Part shown: piece by piece, positions 51,786-62,072 of the stretch
Numbering within the stretch: the first letter of the stretch is position 1
Layout of the letters: every line of letters begins with the position of its first letter
DNA from: Alphaproteobacteria bacterium
GTDB taxonomy: Bacteria; Pseudomonadota; Alphaproteobacteria; SP197
Length of the DNA: 64,000 nucleotides
Assembly: GCA_965200745.1 (NCBI GenBank)
Contig: CBDAUZ010000001.1
Coordinates: 1,115,152-1,179,151 of the forward strand
Direction: 5' to 3'
The notes under the pieces: generated by a model
The model's database searches: none
Told to the model about the DNA's origin: nothing
The model's input: only the letters and a program-made list of their open reading frames with translations
Made by a program: the position numbers and the translations under genes

Positions 51786-53339
51786 TCAGGAATTCACCTG
51801 TTCCGGCAGATGAATGGGCATGCGCGCACGGATGGCGGATTCAGCCTGCGCAGACAGGTGATCCGGAGGTGGCATTGCCTCGATTTCGGCTACGCGTGTA
51901 CGGGCGCGATCCCATACTGTCGTCGCACCGTCGACGAGCCATTCGGACACACTCTGCCTGTCTCCTAGCGACGGGTACACGAATTCTGTCGACATGAGAT
52001 CCAGTGTCTGGTCAGTACCGAGAAAGTGCCCATCACCTGTAACAACCTTTTCAAGCAGATCGAGATCGATTGCTCCGTCAAACATCTCCACGCCACGGAC
52101 AGAACGCTGGATCGCGCCGCACATGTCATTGTCGATGACGATAACCTCCTTGCTGGCAGCCATGATTGAACCCAGCATTCCGGCCGAAAGATTGATCATG
52201 TCCGCCCCTGCCTGGGCTGCGAGCGCGACGGTGTATCCCTTTTCGTAGCCGGCCTGGGCGTCGGCAACCTTGGCATCGGTCATGCCTGCCGACACTGTCG
52301 ATGGCAACCCCATGGTCAACAGGAGTTGCGCGGCGGCAGCATTTGCGACTGCCGCCTCACCTGATCCGCCTGTCATCGCCCCGGTACGCAAGTCGCAAAT
52401 AAAAGGCAAGAAGGCGAGAATGCAGGGAAATCCGGGCTGAATCATGTTCACCAGAACAAGTCCGGCCAGAGATTCCGCGAGTCCCTGGGACAATGCGCCC
52501 GCAAGAGCAGCGGGACTGGTTGCGCCGGCCTGTGCTGCGGAACAGATCTGTACCGGCATGCCCAACCGAACACAGGCCCCCATGACGTCACAGGCATCGT
52601 CGGCCAGCGTCAAGGGGGGTACGACATGACAGATTGCTGCAAAACAGAATGGCTGCAAACGGAACCGGCCCGCGCCGCCGAGCGCTGTGTCGAACATGTC
52701 GATGACGGGAGCAACGTTGCTTCGTTCAGAAAAGCTCGTGCCGATGGGTTTGGACGTCGCCTTCATCGCTGCAAAGGCTGTGTTGATATCGAGAGTCAAG
52801 GGATCACGCATGTCACGAGCGACAACCGGACGCAACGCGTAGCGGATGTTCTCGCAGCAATCGACAACCCGAATCATTTCGTAGAGATCGGCCAGTGTGC
52901 TGTCGCGAAAGGTCCGACCGTCTGAATCAAGAACCTGCACGGCGGCTCCGCCCGTACCCATGTGGACGCGTGCACCACCTATTTCGATTCCGCGGTCAGG
53001 GTCAAACCCCGGAAGTTCAATCTTCTTGCGGGCGACGGCCAGCATGTCCTCCACCAATGCGCGGGACATGACGATACGCTTGTCCTCTCTTTCGCCTGCG
53101 CCATTCGCAAGGGCGAGTTCGCGAATGCTGCGAGAAGCGCCGGAAATTCCGATTCGTTCGAGTATGTCGAACGCTCCATCGATGATCCGGCTGCACTTGT
53201 CACGGGACAACGGGGTAAATCCGCCACCGATGGCTGGTGCCGGGCACGCGGACACACGTGATGGTCCTCTGGTCCGTCTGTTGCGTCGCATGTCATCCTC
53301 ATCGGGCACACGTTGGATGATAGGCAAGGCCTGCTGCAC
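51786..53339 (-). CDS. MttB-superfamily (trimethylamine methyltransferase family) protein without pyrrolysine
   Basis: QAGATSPAALAG, DLRTGAMTGGSGE, DAQAGYEK, GHFLG; no in-frame TAG. Confidence 0.92.
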   Translation of the reverse strand: MQQALPIIQRVPDEDDMRRNRRTRGPSRVSACPAPAIGGGFTPLSRDKCSRIIDGAFDILERIGISGASRSIRELALANGAGEREDKRIVMSRALVEDMLAVARKKIELPGFDPDRGIEIGGARVHMGTGGAAVQVLDSDGRTFRDSTLADLYEMIRVVDCCENIRYALRPVVARDMRDPLTLDINTAFAAMKATSKPIGTSFSERSNVAPVIDMFDTALGGAGRFRLQPFCFAAICHVVPPLTLADDACDVMGACVRLGMPVQICSAAQAGATSPAALAGALSQGLAESLAGLVLVNMIQPGFPCILAFLPFICDLRTGAMTGGSGEAAVANAAAAQLLLTMGLPSTVSAGMTDAKVADAQAGYEKGYTVALAAQAGADMINLSAGMLGSIMAASKEVIVIDNDMCGAIQRSVRGVEMFDGAIDLDLLEKVVTGDGHFLGTDQTLDLMSTEFVYPSLGDRQSVSEWLVDGATTVWDRARTRVAEIEAMPPPDHLSAQAESAIRARMPIHLPEQVNS

Positions 53340-53795
53340 GAGAACGGACTCTAACGGGGATGAGGGTGAATTACTCTCACGATCTTGTGATCACGCGCTG
53401 TCGAACCATCCGGGATGCGTTGGTTCCCGATGGTGCTGCGGTGATTTTCCTGTCAACAATCATGCATCAATGAACGATTGCACATGTGAAGGTTCTCAAG
53501 GTGACGGTGCAACAAGACAGTTCAGCGACGTCGCGCACCCGACCTGCGCGGTCGTTCTTGATCCGTCTCGCGGTTCAGCACAGCTGGCTCGGATTGCTTT
53601 TTCATGTTCGAACTTGTTCGTTTGCTTCCGACTCCTTGAACTGCACGATGGCGGGCACGATAGTAACCGCAGAATCCGGAGTAACACCGCGTCTGTCACT
53701 GAACTGTCGACAGGAAGAATGGCGAGAACAAATCAACGGTTGATCCGACAAACCATACCTTCCTCATTTCGTGCAACAATCGGGCTGTCAACAAG

Positions 53796-55040
53796 ATGAA
53801 CTACCTCGAACAGATACGCCGTGGGCGAAACACGCCCGGCATTGCACAGCACGATGCTGAACCACAGATCGACGTTGTTCGCATGCGTGCGTACCGCCTC
53901 GGACGCATCCAGGAGCAACTGCGTCGTCTCGATCTCGGCGGCATCATTCTCTATGACCCCGTGAATGTTCGCTATGCGACAGGTTCCAGCAACATGCAGG
54001 TCTGGTTCATGCATAACCCGATCCGCTACTGCTTTGTTCCGGCTGAGGGTCGGGTCATCCTGTTCGACTACGAAAAGACAATGCATCTCTACACCCATCT
54101 CGAGACGATCGGAGAAATTCGTCCGGCGAGGGGAACGATCTACATGACGGCATCAGAGCGCATGGATGAGCATGTATCGAACTGGGCACGCGAGATTGAT
54201 GATGCCATGCAAGGTACCGGTGCGGGCAAGCGCATCGCTGCAGACAGGCTTGATTTCGAGAACGCCAACGCGCTCCAGTCCATGGGCTACGAGCTGCACA
54301 GCGGAACCCGTGTGACGGAGCTTGCACGGTCCATCAAGTCCGAGGACGAAATCGAGGCCATGAATGTCTCCATTTCGGTGTGCGAGGCGGGAATGGCCCG
54401 CATGCTGGAAAAACTGAAGCCCGGTGTGTCGGAGATCGAATTGTGGTCCATCCTGCATCAGGTCAATATCGAGCTGGGTGGCGAATGGATCGAGACTCGT
54501 CTGCTCTCGTCCGGCGGACGGACCAATCCATGGTTTCGCGAGGCATCGAGCCGCCTGATCCGGGCCGGTGAACTGGTGGGCCTTGACACCGACCTCGTGG
54601 GCCCGTTCGGTTACTGCGCCGATATTTCCAGAACCTGGTTTTGTGCACCGGGCAAGCCCAGCGCCGAGCAGAAGCGCCTTTACGGTTTGGCGCGGGAGCA
54701 GCTCGAATACAACATCGAGATGTTCAGAACCGGCATGTCGTTCATCGAGGCAGCGGAGAAGTCCTGGCCTGTTCCGGATGCCTTTCATGCGCGGCGGTAT
54801 GGCATATCTGCGCATGGTGTCGGACTCGTCGACGAGTATCCCGTCATTGCGTTTACCGACAATGCCGCACGATCGTCGACAGGCGTGATTGAGCCCGGCA
54901 TGACCCTGTGTATCGAGAGTTACATCGGAGCCGAAAACGGGGTTGAAGGCGTCAAGCTTGAGGAGCAGGTGCTGTTCACTGAAAAGGGAATCGAACGGTT
55001 GTCAACGTTCCCCTGGGACGATCATCTTTCGTCCGACTGA
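53796..55040 (+). CDS. M24 metallopeptidase-fold enzyme, DddP-like, paralog 2
   Basis: DPVNVRY, GGEWIETRLL, RTNPWF, LDTDL, DISR, HGVGLVDEYP, KLEE. Confidence 0.85.
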   Translation: MNYLEQIRRGRNTPGIAQHDAEPQIDVVRMRAYRLGRIQEQLRRLDLGGIILYDPVNVRYATGSSNMQVWFMHNPIRYCFVPAEGRVILFDYEKTMHLYTHLETIGEIRPARGTIYMTASERMDEHVSNWAREIDDAMQGTGAGKRIAADRLDFENANALQSMGYELHSGTRVTELARSIKSEDEIEAMNVSISVCEAGMARMLEKLKPGVSEIELWSILHQVNIELGGEWIETRLLSSGGRTNPWFREASSRLIRAGELVGLDTDLVGPFGYCADISRTWFCAPGKPSAEQKRLYGLAREQLEYNIEMFRTGMSFIEAAEKSWPVPDAFHARRYGISAHGVGLVDEYPVIAFTDNAARSSTGVIEPGMTLCIESYIGAENGVEGVKLEEQVLFTEKGIERLSTFPWDDHLSSD

Positions 55041-55050
55041 TACGGGATCG

Positions 55051-55986
55051 TCACGGGTCACGTAATGCATGTCTGCGAGTCACGGTACGGTTTACAAGAA
55101 CTTCTGTCAGCCCCGAACCGATGACAAGAACTGTTCCAAGGGCCTCGCGCCAGCCGAACGGTTCAGCGGTCAGGATCGCCGCGCTGGCGATTCCGACGAG
55201 AACCTCAGTTTGCAGCAGTATTCCGACGCGACCAGGATCGATCAGACGCGTGCCATAGAGCAGCGTCGCATTCGAAGGAATAAGAAACAGGATTGACAGC
55301 AGAACAAGCCAGGGCAACAGGGTGAGGAGTTGATGCGGAGTCGGGGGCGTACCAAGGCCCTCGATGGGAAGAAATGTCAATCCGAAGGCCACGATCCCGC
55401 CATATGTAAAAAACGCGAATACGTTGCCGAAACCCACTTCCCTGAAGGTGCCAGGTCGACCCGTTATCCGGTTGCGCAGACTGCCACCTGCCCAGAGCAT
55501 GCCGGAGATGATCGCCATCCAGTCTCCGGCGTTTTGTGGTATCGGAAGACCCGTTTCGCTGGGCAGGATGACCCAGAGTCCGCCAAGACCAAGAACAATC
55601 GCAAGTATTCGCGCCACGGTCAGCTGACGTCTCATGAACCAGAGTTCGAAAAGCGTGCTCCATAACGGCGTCAGATAGAACAGTAACAGGGCGCGGGCGA
55701 CTTCCGTCAAAAGCAGGCTTTCCGCATAGAATGCGAATGCACCACCGGTGAGGAATCCGGTCTGCCAGAGCCCGAGTCCAGTCGGTTTGCCACGCATTGC
55801 CAGGATCAGTGCGACAGGTGCGAGAACGAGAGCCGGTACCGCAAACTGTGAGACACAAGCCCAGCCGGCGCTCAATCCGAAATCCTCGAGCATACGCAGG
55901 GGAATCCAGAACAATCCCCAGATTGCGGCAGGGATCGCAATCAACAATGACAGGTAAACCTGGCGTTTACGGTTTTCGACAATCAC
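55051..55986 (-). CDS. DMT/EamA transporter
   Basis: About ten TM segments, WGLFWIP, LLFYLTPLW, EPFGWRE; GTGA overlap with upstream paralog. Confidence 0.88.
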   Translation of the reverse strand: MIVENRKRQVYLSLLIAIPAAIWGLFWIPLRMLEDFGLSAGWACVSQFAVPALVLAPVALILAMRGKPTGLGLWQTGFLTGGAFAFYAESLLLTEVARALLLFYLTPLWSTLFELWFMRRQLTVARILAIVLGLGGLWVILPSETGLPIPQNAGDWMAIISGMLWAGGSLRNRITGRPGTFREVGFGNVFAFFTYGGIVAFGLTFLPIEGLGTPPTPHQLLTLLPWLVLLSILFLIPSNATLLYGTRLIDPGRVGILLQTEVLVGIASAAILTAEPFGWREALGTVLVIGSGLTEVLVNRTVTRRHALRDP

Positions 55987-56888
55987 GTCGTTGCTCCGGC
56001 CTTCGCAGGGACTGGCTTGAAGACCTCGATGCAACCGGAAGACAACACGAGAATGCTGCCCAGGACTTCCCGCCATCCAAACGGTTCGTTTGCCCACAAC
56101 GCCGCACTGATCACGCCAAAAAGTATTTCGGAAAGAAGGAGTATGCCGAATACACCGGCGCCGATCTTGGCAGGTGAAGAGATCAGGATGAGGTTGGACG
56201 GCAGCATAAAGACAAACACGAGCACGAGAAGAAATGGAAGCATGCTCCAGAGCGCCTGAGGATCAGGGGGCGGTCCGAGTTCTCCGGCGAGCAGCCAGGC
56301 AACTGCGATGGAGACGATGCTGCCATACAGGCAGAACGAGAAGAGAATTGGAGTCGGACTTTCGGGCTGCAGGGCGTCGACCCGGGTCGCGGCACATGCG
56401 GTCAGGGCACCACCGGCAAGGGCGAGCCAATCTCCTGCGCTGGTCGGCAACGGTATGTCGCCGTCCTGACCGAGGACAAACCAGACTCCCGCCAGCGCCA
56501 ACGTGAGGCTGACATAACGGAGAGGGGTGACGGGTCGGCCAAGAAAGAACCTTTCGAGAAGCGTCGCCCAGACGGGCAGCATGTAGAACAGGAGCAATGC
56601 CCGTACGACTTCTGTCAGGATGAACCCGTATGCATAACAGACGATGCCGCCTCCGCTGAACAACCCGACGAGACACCAGGTCACACCGGATTCCTTGCCG
56701 TGTTTCATGGCGCGCCAGATGACAAACGGTATCAGGGGGACAAGTGGAAGTGCGAATTGCGGAATGGTTCCCCACCCGCCGGTCAGTCCGTTCTCAACCA
56801 GGACCCGTTGCGGAATCCAGTAGACGCCCCACATGCCCGCGGCGACGAAAGTTGCAACACAATACGCGAGAAAACGGGACCGCTGCAT
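55983..56888 (-). CDS. DMT/EamA transporter (tandem paralog)
   Basis: WGVYWIP, LLFYMLPVW, EPFGWRE. Confidence 0.88.
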   Translation of the reverse strand: MQRSRFLAYCVATFVAAGMWGVYWIPQRVLVENGLTGGWGTIPQFALPLVPLIPFVIWRAMKHGKESGVTWCLVGLFSGGGIVCYAYGFILTEVVRALLLFYMLPVWATLLERFFLGRPVTPLRYVSLTLALAGVWFVLGQDGDIPLPTSAGDWLALAGGALTACAATRVDALQPESPTPILFSFCLYGSIVSIAVAWLLAGELGPPPDPQALWSMLPFLLVLVFVFMLPSNLILISSPAKIGAGVFGILLLSEILFGVISAALWANEPFGWREVLGSILVLSSGCIEVFKPVPAKAGATT

Positions 56889-57095
56889 TATCCTGAACCA
56901 CCAGTTGTCCGCGCTCTTAACACTTTCGACATGTGCCGCAAAACAGGTCGGACATGCATGCAACGCAAATCTGCAATGTCATGGCGCAAACAGGAACGTT
57001 GGAAATCATGGTATTCCGGTTGTTTCTAACCGCGTGACATGACACACGCCGGAATCTAATCTCACACCAATCTGTTACAGACCGGGAACGGCAAC

Positions 57096-58814
57096 ATGAC
57101 ACGCTGGGACAAGTCCGGAATGCCGAGCCGACACGTATCGGTTGGCCCAAAGAGTGCACCGCACCGCGCATTCTACTTTGCGATGGGCATGAGTGATGAA
57201 GAGGTCGCACAGCCTTTTGTGGGTGTCGCGACGACGTGGAATGAGGCAGCGCCGTGCAACATAACGCTGATGCGGCAGGCACAGGCTGTCAAGAAAGGTG
57301 TAAAAGCCGGCGGCGGTACGCCCCGGGAGTTCACGACGATCACAGTCACCGACGGTATCGCCATGGGACACGCGGGAATGAAGGCCTCGCTGGTCAGCCG
57401 GGAAGTGATCGCGGACTCCGTTGAGTTGACCATGCGCGGGCACTGTTACGACGGACTGGTCGGCCTTGCGGGATGCGACAAGTCTCTGCCGGGCATGATG
57501 ATGGCCATGGTGCGCCTCAATGTACCGTCAGTTTTCATGTACGGCGGATCCATACTGCCGGGGAGATTCCGTAACCGGGACGTCACGATCATTGACGTTT
57601 TCGAGGGTGTCGGCGCCAATGCTGCCGGTACCATGACAGACGATGAACTCAACATCCTTGAACACGCGGCATGCCCGTCCGGCGGATCATGTGGCGGGCA
57701 GTTCACGGCGAACACAATGGCGACAGTCTCCGAGGCTATCGGGCTGGCGTTGCCCAATTCCGCCATGACACCTGCGGCATACGAAAGCCGTGACTCCTAT
57801 GCGTCGGCATCGGGAGAGGCCGTCATGCAGCTGATCAGGGATGGGCTGCGTCCCAGGGATATCGTGACCCGCAAGGCACTCGAAAATGCCGCGGTCGTGG
57901 TTGCTGCCACTGGCGGTTCGACCAATGCCGGCCTTCATCTTCCGGCGATTGCCAACGAGGCTGGCATACGTTTCACACTTGATGACGTATGCGAGATTTT
58001 CCGCAGCACACCCTATATCGCCGACCTCAAGCCAGGTGGAAAATATGTTGCCCTGGACATGTATCGCATTGGTGGCATTCCGGTACTGATCAAGACGCTT
58101 CTCGACGGCGGTTATCTGCACGGAGATGCGTTGACCGTCACGGGACGGACGCTTGCAGAGAACCATGTAGACGTCGCGTTTCCGACAGATCAGGATGTGA
58201 TCTACCCGGCCTCCAATCCTATTTCGACAACCGGTGGCGTTGTCGGATTGAAGGGGAATCTGGCGCCGGAAGGCGCTATCGTGAAGATTTCGGGACTTGG
58301 TCGACTTGTATTCCGGGGGCCGGCCCGATGTTTCGACACAGAGGAAGACTGCCTCAACGCGGTTCTGGCGCAAGAGTACAAGGCTGGTGACGTTCTGATC
58401 ATCCGCTACGAGGGACCGAGCGGTGGTCCAGGCATGCGCGAGATGTTGTCCACGACAGGCGCACTCTACGGCCAGGGTATGGGCGAAAAGGTTGCGCTCA
58501 TCACGGATGGCAGATTCTCTGGCGGTACCCGCGGATTCTGTATTGGCCATGTGGGACCGGAAGCTGCCAGGGGCGGACCAATCGGGTTGCTCCGCGATGG
58601 TGACATGATTTCAATCGATGCTGCATCAGGAACGCTGGACGTTGAGCTGTCGGATGCCGAACTTGCCGAGCGTCGAAGGAACTGGTCACCCCGCAACACC
58701 GATTTCAACGCCGGGACCATCTGGAAATACGCACAGACAGTGGGTCCTGCGCAGTTTGGCGCGGTAACCCATCCAGGCGGCAGCGCCGAGTCACACGTGT
58801 TTGCAGATATCTGA
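57096..58814 (+). CDS. ilvD: Dihydroxy-acid dehydratase
   Basis: [44 protein letters not shown]. Confidence 0.97.
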   Translation: MTRWDKSGMPSRHVSVGPKSAPHRAFYFAMGMSDEEVAQPFVGVATTWNEAAPCNITLMRQAQAVKKGVKAGGGTPREFTTITVTDGIAMGHAGMKASLVSREVIADSVELTMRGHCYDGLVGLAGCDKSLPGMMMAMVRLNVPSVFMYGGSILPGRFRNRDVTIIDVFEGVGANAAGTMTDDELNILEHAACPSGGSCGGQFTANTMATVSEAIGLALPNSAMTPAAYESRDSYASASGEAVMQLIRDGLRPRDIVTRKALENAAVVVAATGGSTNAGLHLPAIANEAGIRFTLDDVCEIFRSTPYIADLKPGGKYVALDMYRIGGIPVLIKTLLDGGYLHGDALTVTGRTLAENHVDVAFPTDQDVIYPASNPISTTGGVVGLKGNLAPEGAIVKISGLGRLVFRGPARCFDTEEDCLNAVLAQEYKAGDVLIIRYEGPSGGPGMREMLSTTGALYGQGMGEKVALITDGRFSGGTRGFCIGHVGPEAARGGPIGLLRDGDMISIDAASGTLDVELSDAELAERRRNWSPRNTDFNAGTIWKYAQTVGPAQFGAVTHPGGSAESHVFADI

Positions 58815-58885
58815 CACCACAGGGTGAGAATGGTCCGCGGCAACATGCGGATTTCATCGTTGAGATCTTCTTCACGGAGGTAGCG

Positions 58886-59881
58886 ATGGTCGACGTTTCT
58901 TCATCAAGCCCGAAATCGAAGCGCACCTGGAACTGGCATCCCGAATTCCCGATGAGGGATGCCCCTGTCATGGTGTGGCCACCCCGTCCCGTGGAAGCAC
59001 TGAAATGGCTTGCCGGACGCGGTTTCCTTCTGTCGCAGAATACGCTGCACATCGGCCTGGCTCTCATCACATTTTATTTTCTGACGCCGTCTCTGGAACG
59101 CATGACGGTTTTTGGGATCGACTGGATTGCCGAAATCTGGCTGCGCAATCTTCTCGTGTTCACGGTCATGACCGGAGGATTGCATCTCTACTTTCATGTC
59201 TACAGGAAACAAGGTGATGTGCACCGCTACGACGGGCGTCCGCTGGCAACGAATGACAAGAGGTTTCTGTTCGGCAATCAGGTTCGCGACAACATCGTCT
59301 GGAGTTTGGCGAGTGGTGTAACCATCTGGACGGCTTATGAAGTCGTGATCTGGTACGCATGGGCGAACAGCCTGGTTCCATGGTTCGCCTGGTCTGACGG
59401 ACCATTCATGTTCATTGCACTTTTTGTTGTCGTATGGTTCTTCAATTCAGCCCATTTCTACTTCAATCACCGTCTTCTGCATTACAGGTTCCTCTACAGG
59501 TTTCATCGTCTGCATCACCACAACGTTTCGTTGGGTCCATGGTCCGGAATCTCCATGCACCCTGTTGAGCACGTGATTTATCTGAGCGCGATGCTGTTTC
59601 ATCTGATAGTCGCAACGCATCCGATTCACATGCTCTTCCACGGATACCTTCTCACGGTGGGCGCTTCCCTCGGTCATACGGGATACGAAGACCTGCAGGT
59701 GAGGGGACGTCGTATCTATGATGTGGCCAACATGTTTCATCAGCTTCATCACAGGTATTACAACTGCAATTACGGTACGATGATCGTGCCCCTCGACAGA
59801 TGGTTCGGTTCATTTCACGACGGGACCCCGGAAGCGACTGCGTGGATCATCCGAAACAAGCGCATGTCGTCTGAGCCGTAA
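58886..59881 (+). CDS. Sterol desaturase/fatty acid hydroxylase family protein
   Basis: His boxes HRLLH, HRLHH, GH, HQLHH, followed by NYG. Confidence 0.9.
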   Translation: MVDVSSSSPKSKRTWNWHPEFPMRDAPVMVWPPRPVEALKWLAGRGFLLSQNTLHIGLALITFYFLTPSLERMTVFGIDWIAEIWLRNLLVFTVMTGGLHLYFHVYRKQGDVHRYDGRPLATNDKRFLFGNQVRDNIVWSLASGVTIWTAYEVVIWYAWANSLVPWFAWSDGPFMFIALFVVVWFFNSAHFYFNHRLLHYRFLYRFHRLHHHNVSLGPWSGISMHPVEHVIYLSAMLFHLIVATHPIHMLFHGYLLTVGASLGHTGYEDLQVRGRRIYDVANMFHQLHHRYYNCNYGTMIVPLDRWFGSFHDGTPEATAWIIRNKRMSSEP

Positions 59882-59956
59882 TTGTGATCCGTTACCGGGC
59901 CCTGCGTACCGGGTGTTGATTGTCTGACGCCCGACAGGATTGGATCGCTGCCTGTT

Positions 59957-60958
59957 TTGCGACGTTACGGAATCGTGAAATTCTGTCTGTTCACCGCCCT
60001 CATCGCGGTCGCAGTCCACGGGATCGTGTGGGCGGTACTCTCTGATCGTGCAGTTTCCGGTGTTCGCGAAGCCCTTCTCGGTGGCAACGGATTTGTCTGT
60101 CGACATGATGCGGTGACGACCAGCGGATACCCGTTCACCATTGGTGTCACCATCGCTGGTCCAGGGTGCCTCTGGCGTGATGATGGAATATCTGTCGAGT
60201 GGTCCAGTCCTGAATCCGTCACGATTGCGATTGCATCAATCACCTCGCGTGCAACAGAGGTGCATGTTGCCGACCGCAGTCAGCTCCTGCTTGCATCAGA
60301 AAATCGGGAGAAAGCCGGCCCGTTTCAAATCGTCATGGAACGGGGCGTCGTGAGACCTGGGCTTGAAAACGGCAATTTGCGGAATTTTGCCGCGACTGCA
60401 GCACCTTTCCGCATTTTCTCATCGGGCGGTCAGGAACTTTTCCGCGCAGAACGGGTTGAAATTGACGCGCATGCGGCGCCATCGCCGACGGCACGGATCG
60501 AAGTTCGTGATCCTGTGTTTCCGGATCAATTCGCGCGCTGGATTGGTGAACACATACGTTTCATCGTTGCTGCTGCAGACCTGACCGGAACGATACCGCA
60601 CACCGGGACCATGCAGGACAGGTTGGTCGCATGGCGCGATACGGGTGGCACGATCGAAATCGAAAACCTCCACATCGAGACGGATACGCTCGTCGTTCAA
60701 GGAGACGGGTCGCTCGCGTTTGATGCTGAATTCCGTCCCGTGGCGGCGTTTTCTTTCAGGCTGGACGGCTACGCGGAATATTTTGACAACGATTTCGAAC
60801 CGGACACGAAAATTCTCAAATCGGCACTCAGGAGCATTCTTGACCTGGTGTCCATGCCGGTCGAGGGATCAGATGCGGTGATCGTCGACGTATCGATCCG
60901 GGATGGACATGTTTATATTGGGCCACTGGTTCTTGCGGACGTGGACGCGTTACTGTGA
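59957..60958 (+). CDS. DUF2125-like protein
   Basis: N-terminal TM, SGYPF, LVAWRDTGG, C-terminal DG.VYIGP. Confidence 0.75.
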   Translation: MRRYGIVKFCLFTALIAVAVHGIVWAVLSDRAVSGVREALLGGNGFVCRHDAVTTSGYPFTIGVTIAGPGCLWRDDGISVEWSSPESVTIAIASITSRATEVHVADRSQLLLASENREKAGPFQIVMERGVVRPGLENGNLRNFAATAAPFRIFSSGGQELFRAERVEIDAHAAPSPTARIEVRDPVFPDQFARWIGEHIRFIVAAADLTGTIPHTGTMQDRLVAWRDTGGTIEIENLHIETDTLVVQGDGSLAFDAEFRPVAAFSFRLDGYAEYFDNDFEPDTKILKSALRSILDLVSMPVEGSDAVIVDVSIRDGHVYIGPLVLADVDALL

Positions 60959-61629
60959 ACGGGGTCAGACTCTTCCCCCAATGCCCGCCAATCGCTCCAG
61001 ATGGCCTTCGCATCAATGCGTTTGCGGACCTGTTCGCGCACATCGCGCCATCGGAAGCGTATTGAATTCGTGACAATTTCGCGGTCAAGCCGCTTGAACT
61101 GATCGACAACCGGTGCAAACCGGATCAGGTCGCCCTCGCTTCCGGAAAACGCGTTTCGGCCACGCGCCGCCTCGTGCCAGTCTGTCGTTTCGACACGCTG
61201 CGAAAAAACATCAAGAACGTCTTGTGTCAGGTCGACCTCGCGTACATTCGCCAGTCCGCGTTGTGCCGCTTCGAAAAAGCAATTCCGCGCCAGTTCAGCA
61301 CACGCCTTCGCGGACATTCGCTCCCGTTCGTTGGCAATCGCCACGGAAAAAATCGTGAGATCTGACACGCACGACAGAAACAGTTTCCCGGATGCCTCCC
61401 TGATCAGGCCGGAAAAACCCTTGTCCTCGAAATAGAACCGGAAACTCGTACCCATTCTCGTCTTCAGGTACCCGAACAAGGCGGTCTGAGCGATATATGC
61501 CGATCTTGATTCAACAAATTCCACCAACGCCTGTTCCGAATCCACGCGTCGAATGTTCGGGCGCGGGAGGTAATCGGCGGCCAGAATGACGAACTCTCGG
61601 CACATCTTGAAGAATGTCGCTGGCGACAT
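60913..61629 (-). CDS. Conserved hypothetical protein
   Basis: Coherent ORF with FVESRSAYIAQTALFGYLKTRMGT and DREIVTNSIRFRW; 3' end overlaps the DUF2125 gene convergently. Confidence 0.7.
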   Translation of the reverse strand: MSPATFFKMCREFVILAADYLPRPNIRRVDSEQALVEFVESRSAYIAQTALFGYLKTRMGTSFRFYFEDKGFSGLIREASGKLFLSCVSDLTIFSVAIANERERMSAKACAELARNCFFEAAQRGLANVREVDLTQDVLDVFSQRVETTDWHEAARGRNAFSGSEGDLIRFAPVVDQFKRLDREIVTNSIRFRWRDVREQVRKRIDAKAIWSDWRALGEESDPVHSNASTSARTSGPI

Positions 61630-61805
61630 GGTTGCGTGACTCGTGTCAAACATTCGGTGTTCAGGAATTGACTTGTATTCGACTTGAAGTATAACGCAAC
61701 CGACTTTCATTGACGGCCTCAATGCCCATCGGAGTGACGGGTGGATTGAAGGCCGAAGGTATCTAGAATTCTTACTATTCCCATTCCATAGACTTGGAGA
61801 AGCAT

Positions 61806-62060
61806 ATGTCTGCAGAAAACAGACGAATGCACTGGGCCAAGACGTCACGACTAACCTACATTGTCCTGGCGATCTGGTTTTTATTTGGCTATGTGGTGCC
61901 CTGGTTCGCGAAGGACCTGGATTCTGCATCGTTCCTCGGTTTTCCGTTGGGCTATTACTTCATCGTCCAGGGTTCGCTCATCATCTTTGTCGTTCTGATT
62001 GTGGTGCATAATCTGCTGCAGGACAGGATTGATGACGAATTCGGCGTAGGCGACGAGTGA
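61806..62060 (+). CDS. DUF4212 small membrane subunit of solute symporter
   Basis: Two TM segments, FLGFPLGYY..QGS; GGAG RBS; directly upstream of SSS gene. Confidence 0.88.
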   Translation: MSAENRRMHWAKTSRLTYIVLAIWFLFGYVVPWFAKDLDSASFLGFPLGYYFIVQGSLIIFVVLIVVHNLLQDRIDDEFGVGDE

Positions 62061-62072
62061 CGGAGGCAGGCA

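Noticed and set aside
51786-53339. Pyrrolysine recoding in the MttB-family gene
   Set aside because: No in-frame TAG and no pyl genes in the window.
53340-53795. Cobalamin or glycine riboswitch in the mttB/dddP divergent region
   Set aside because: No conserved core motifs recognised.
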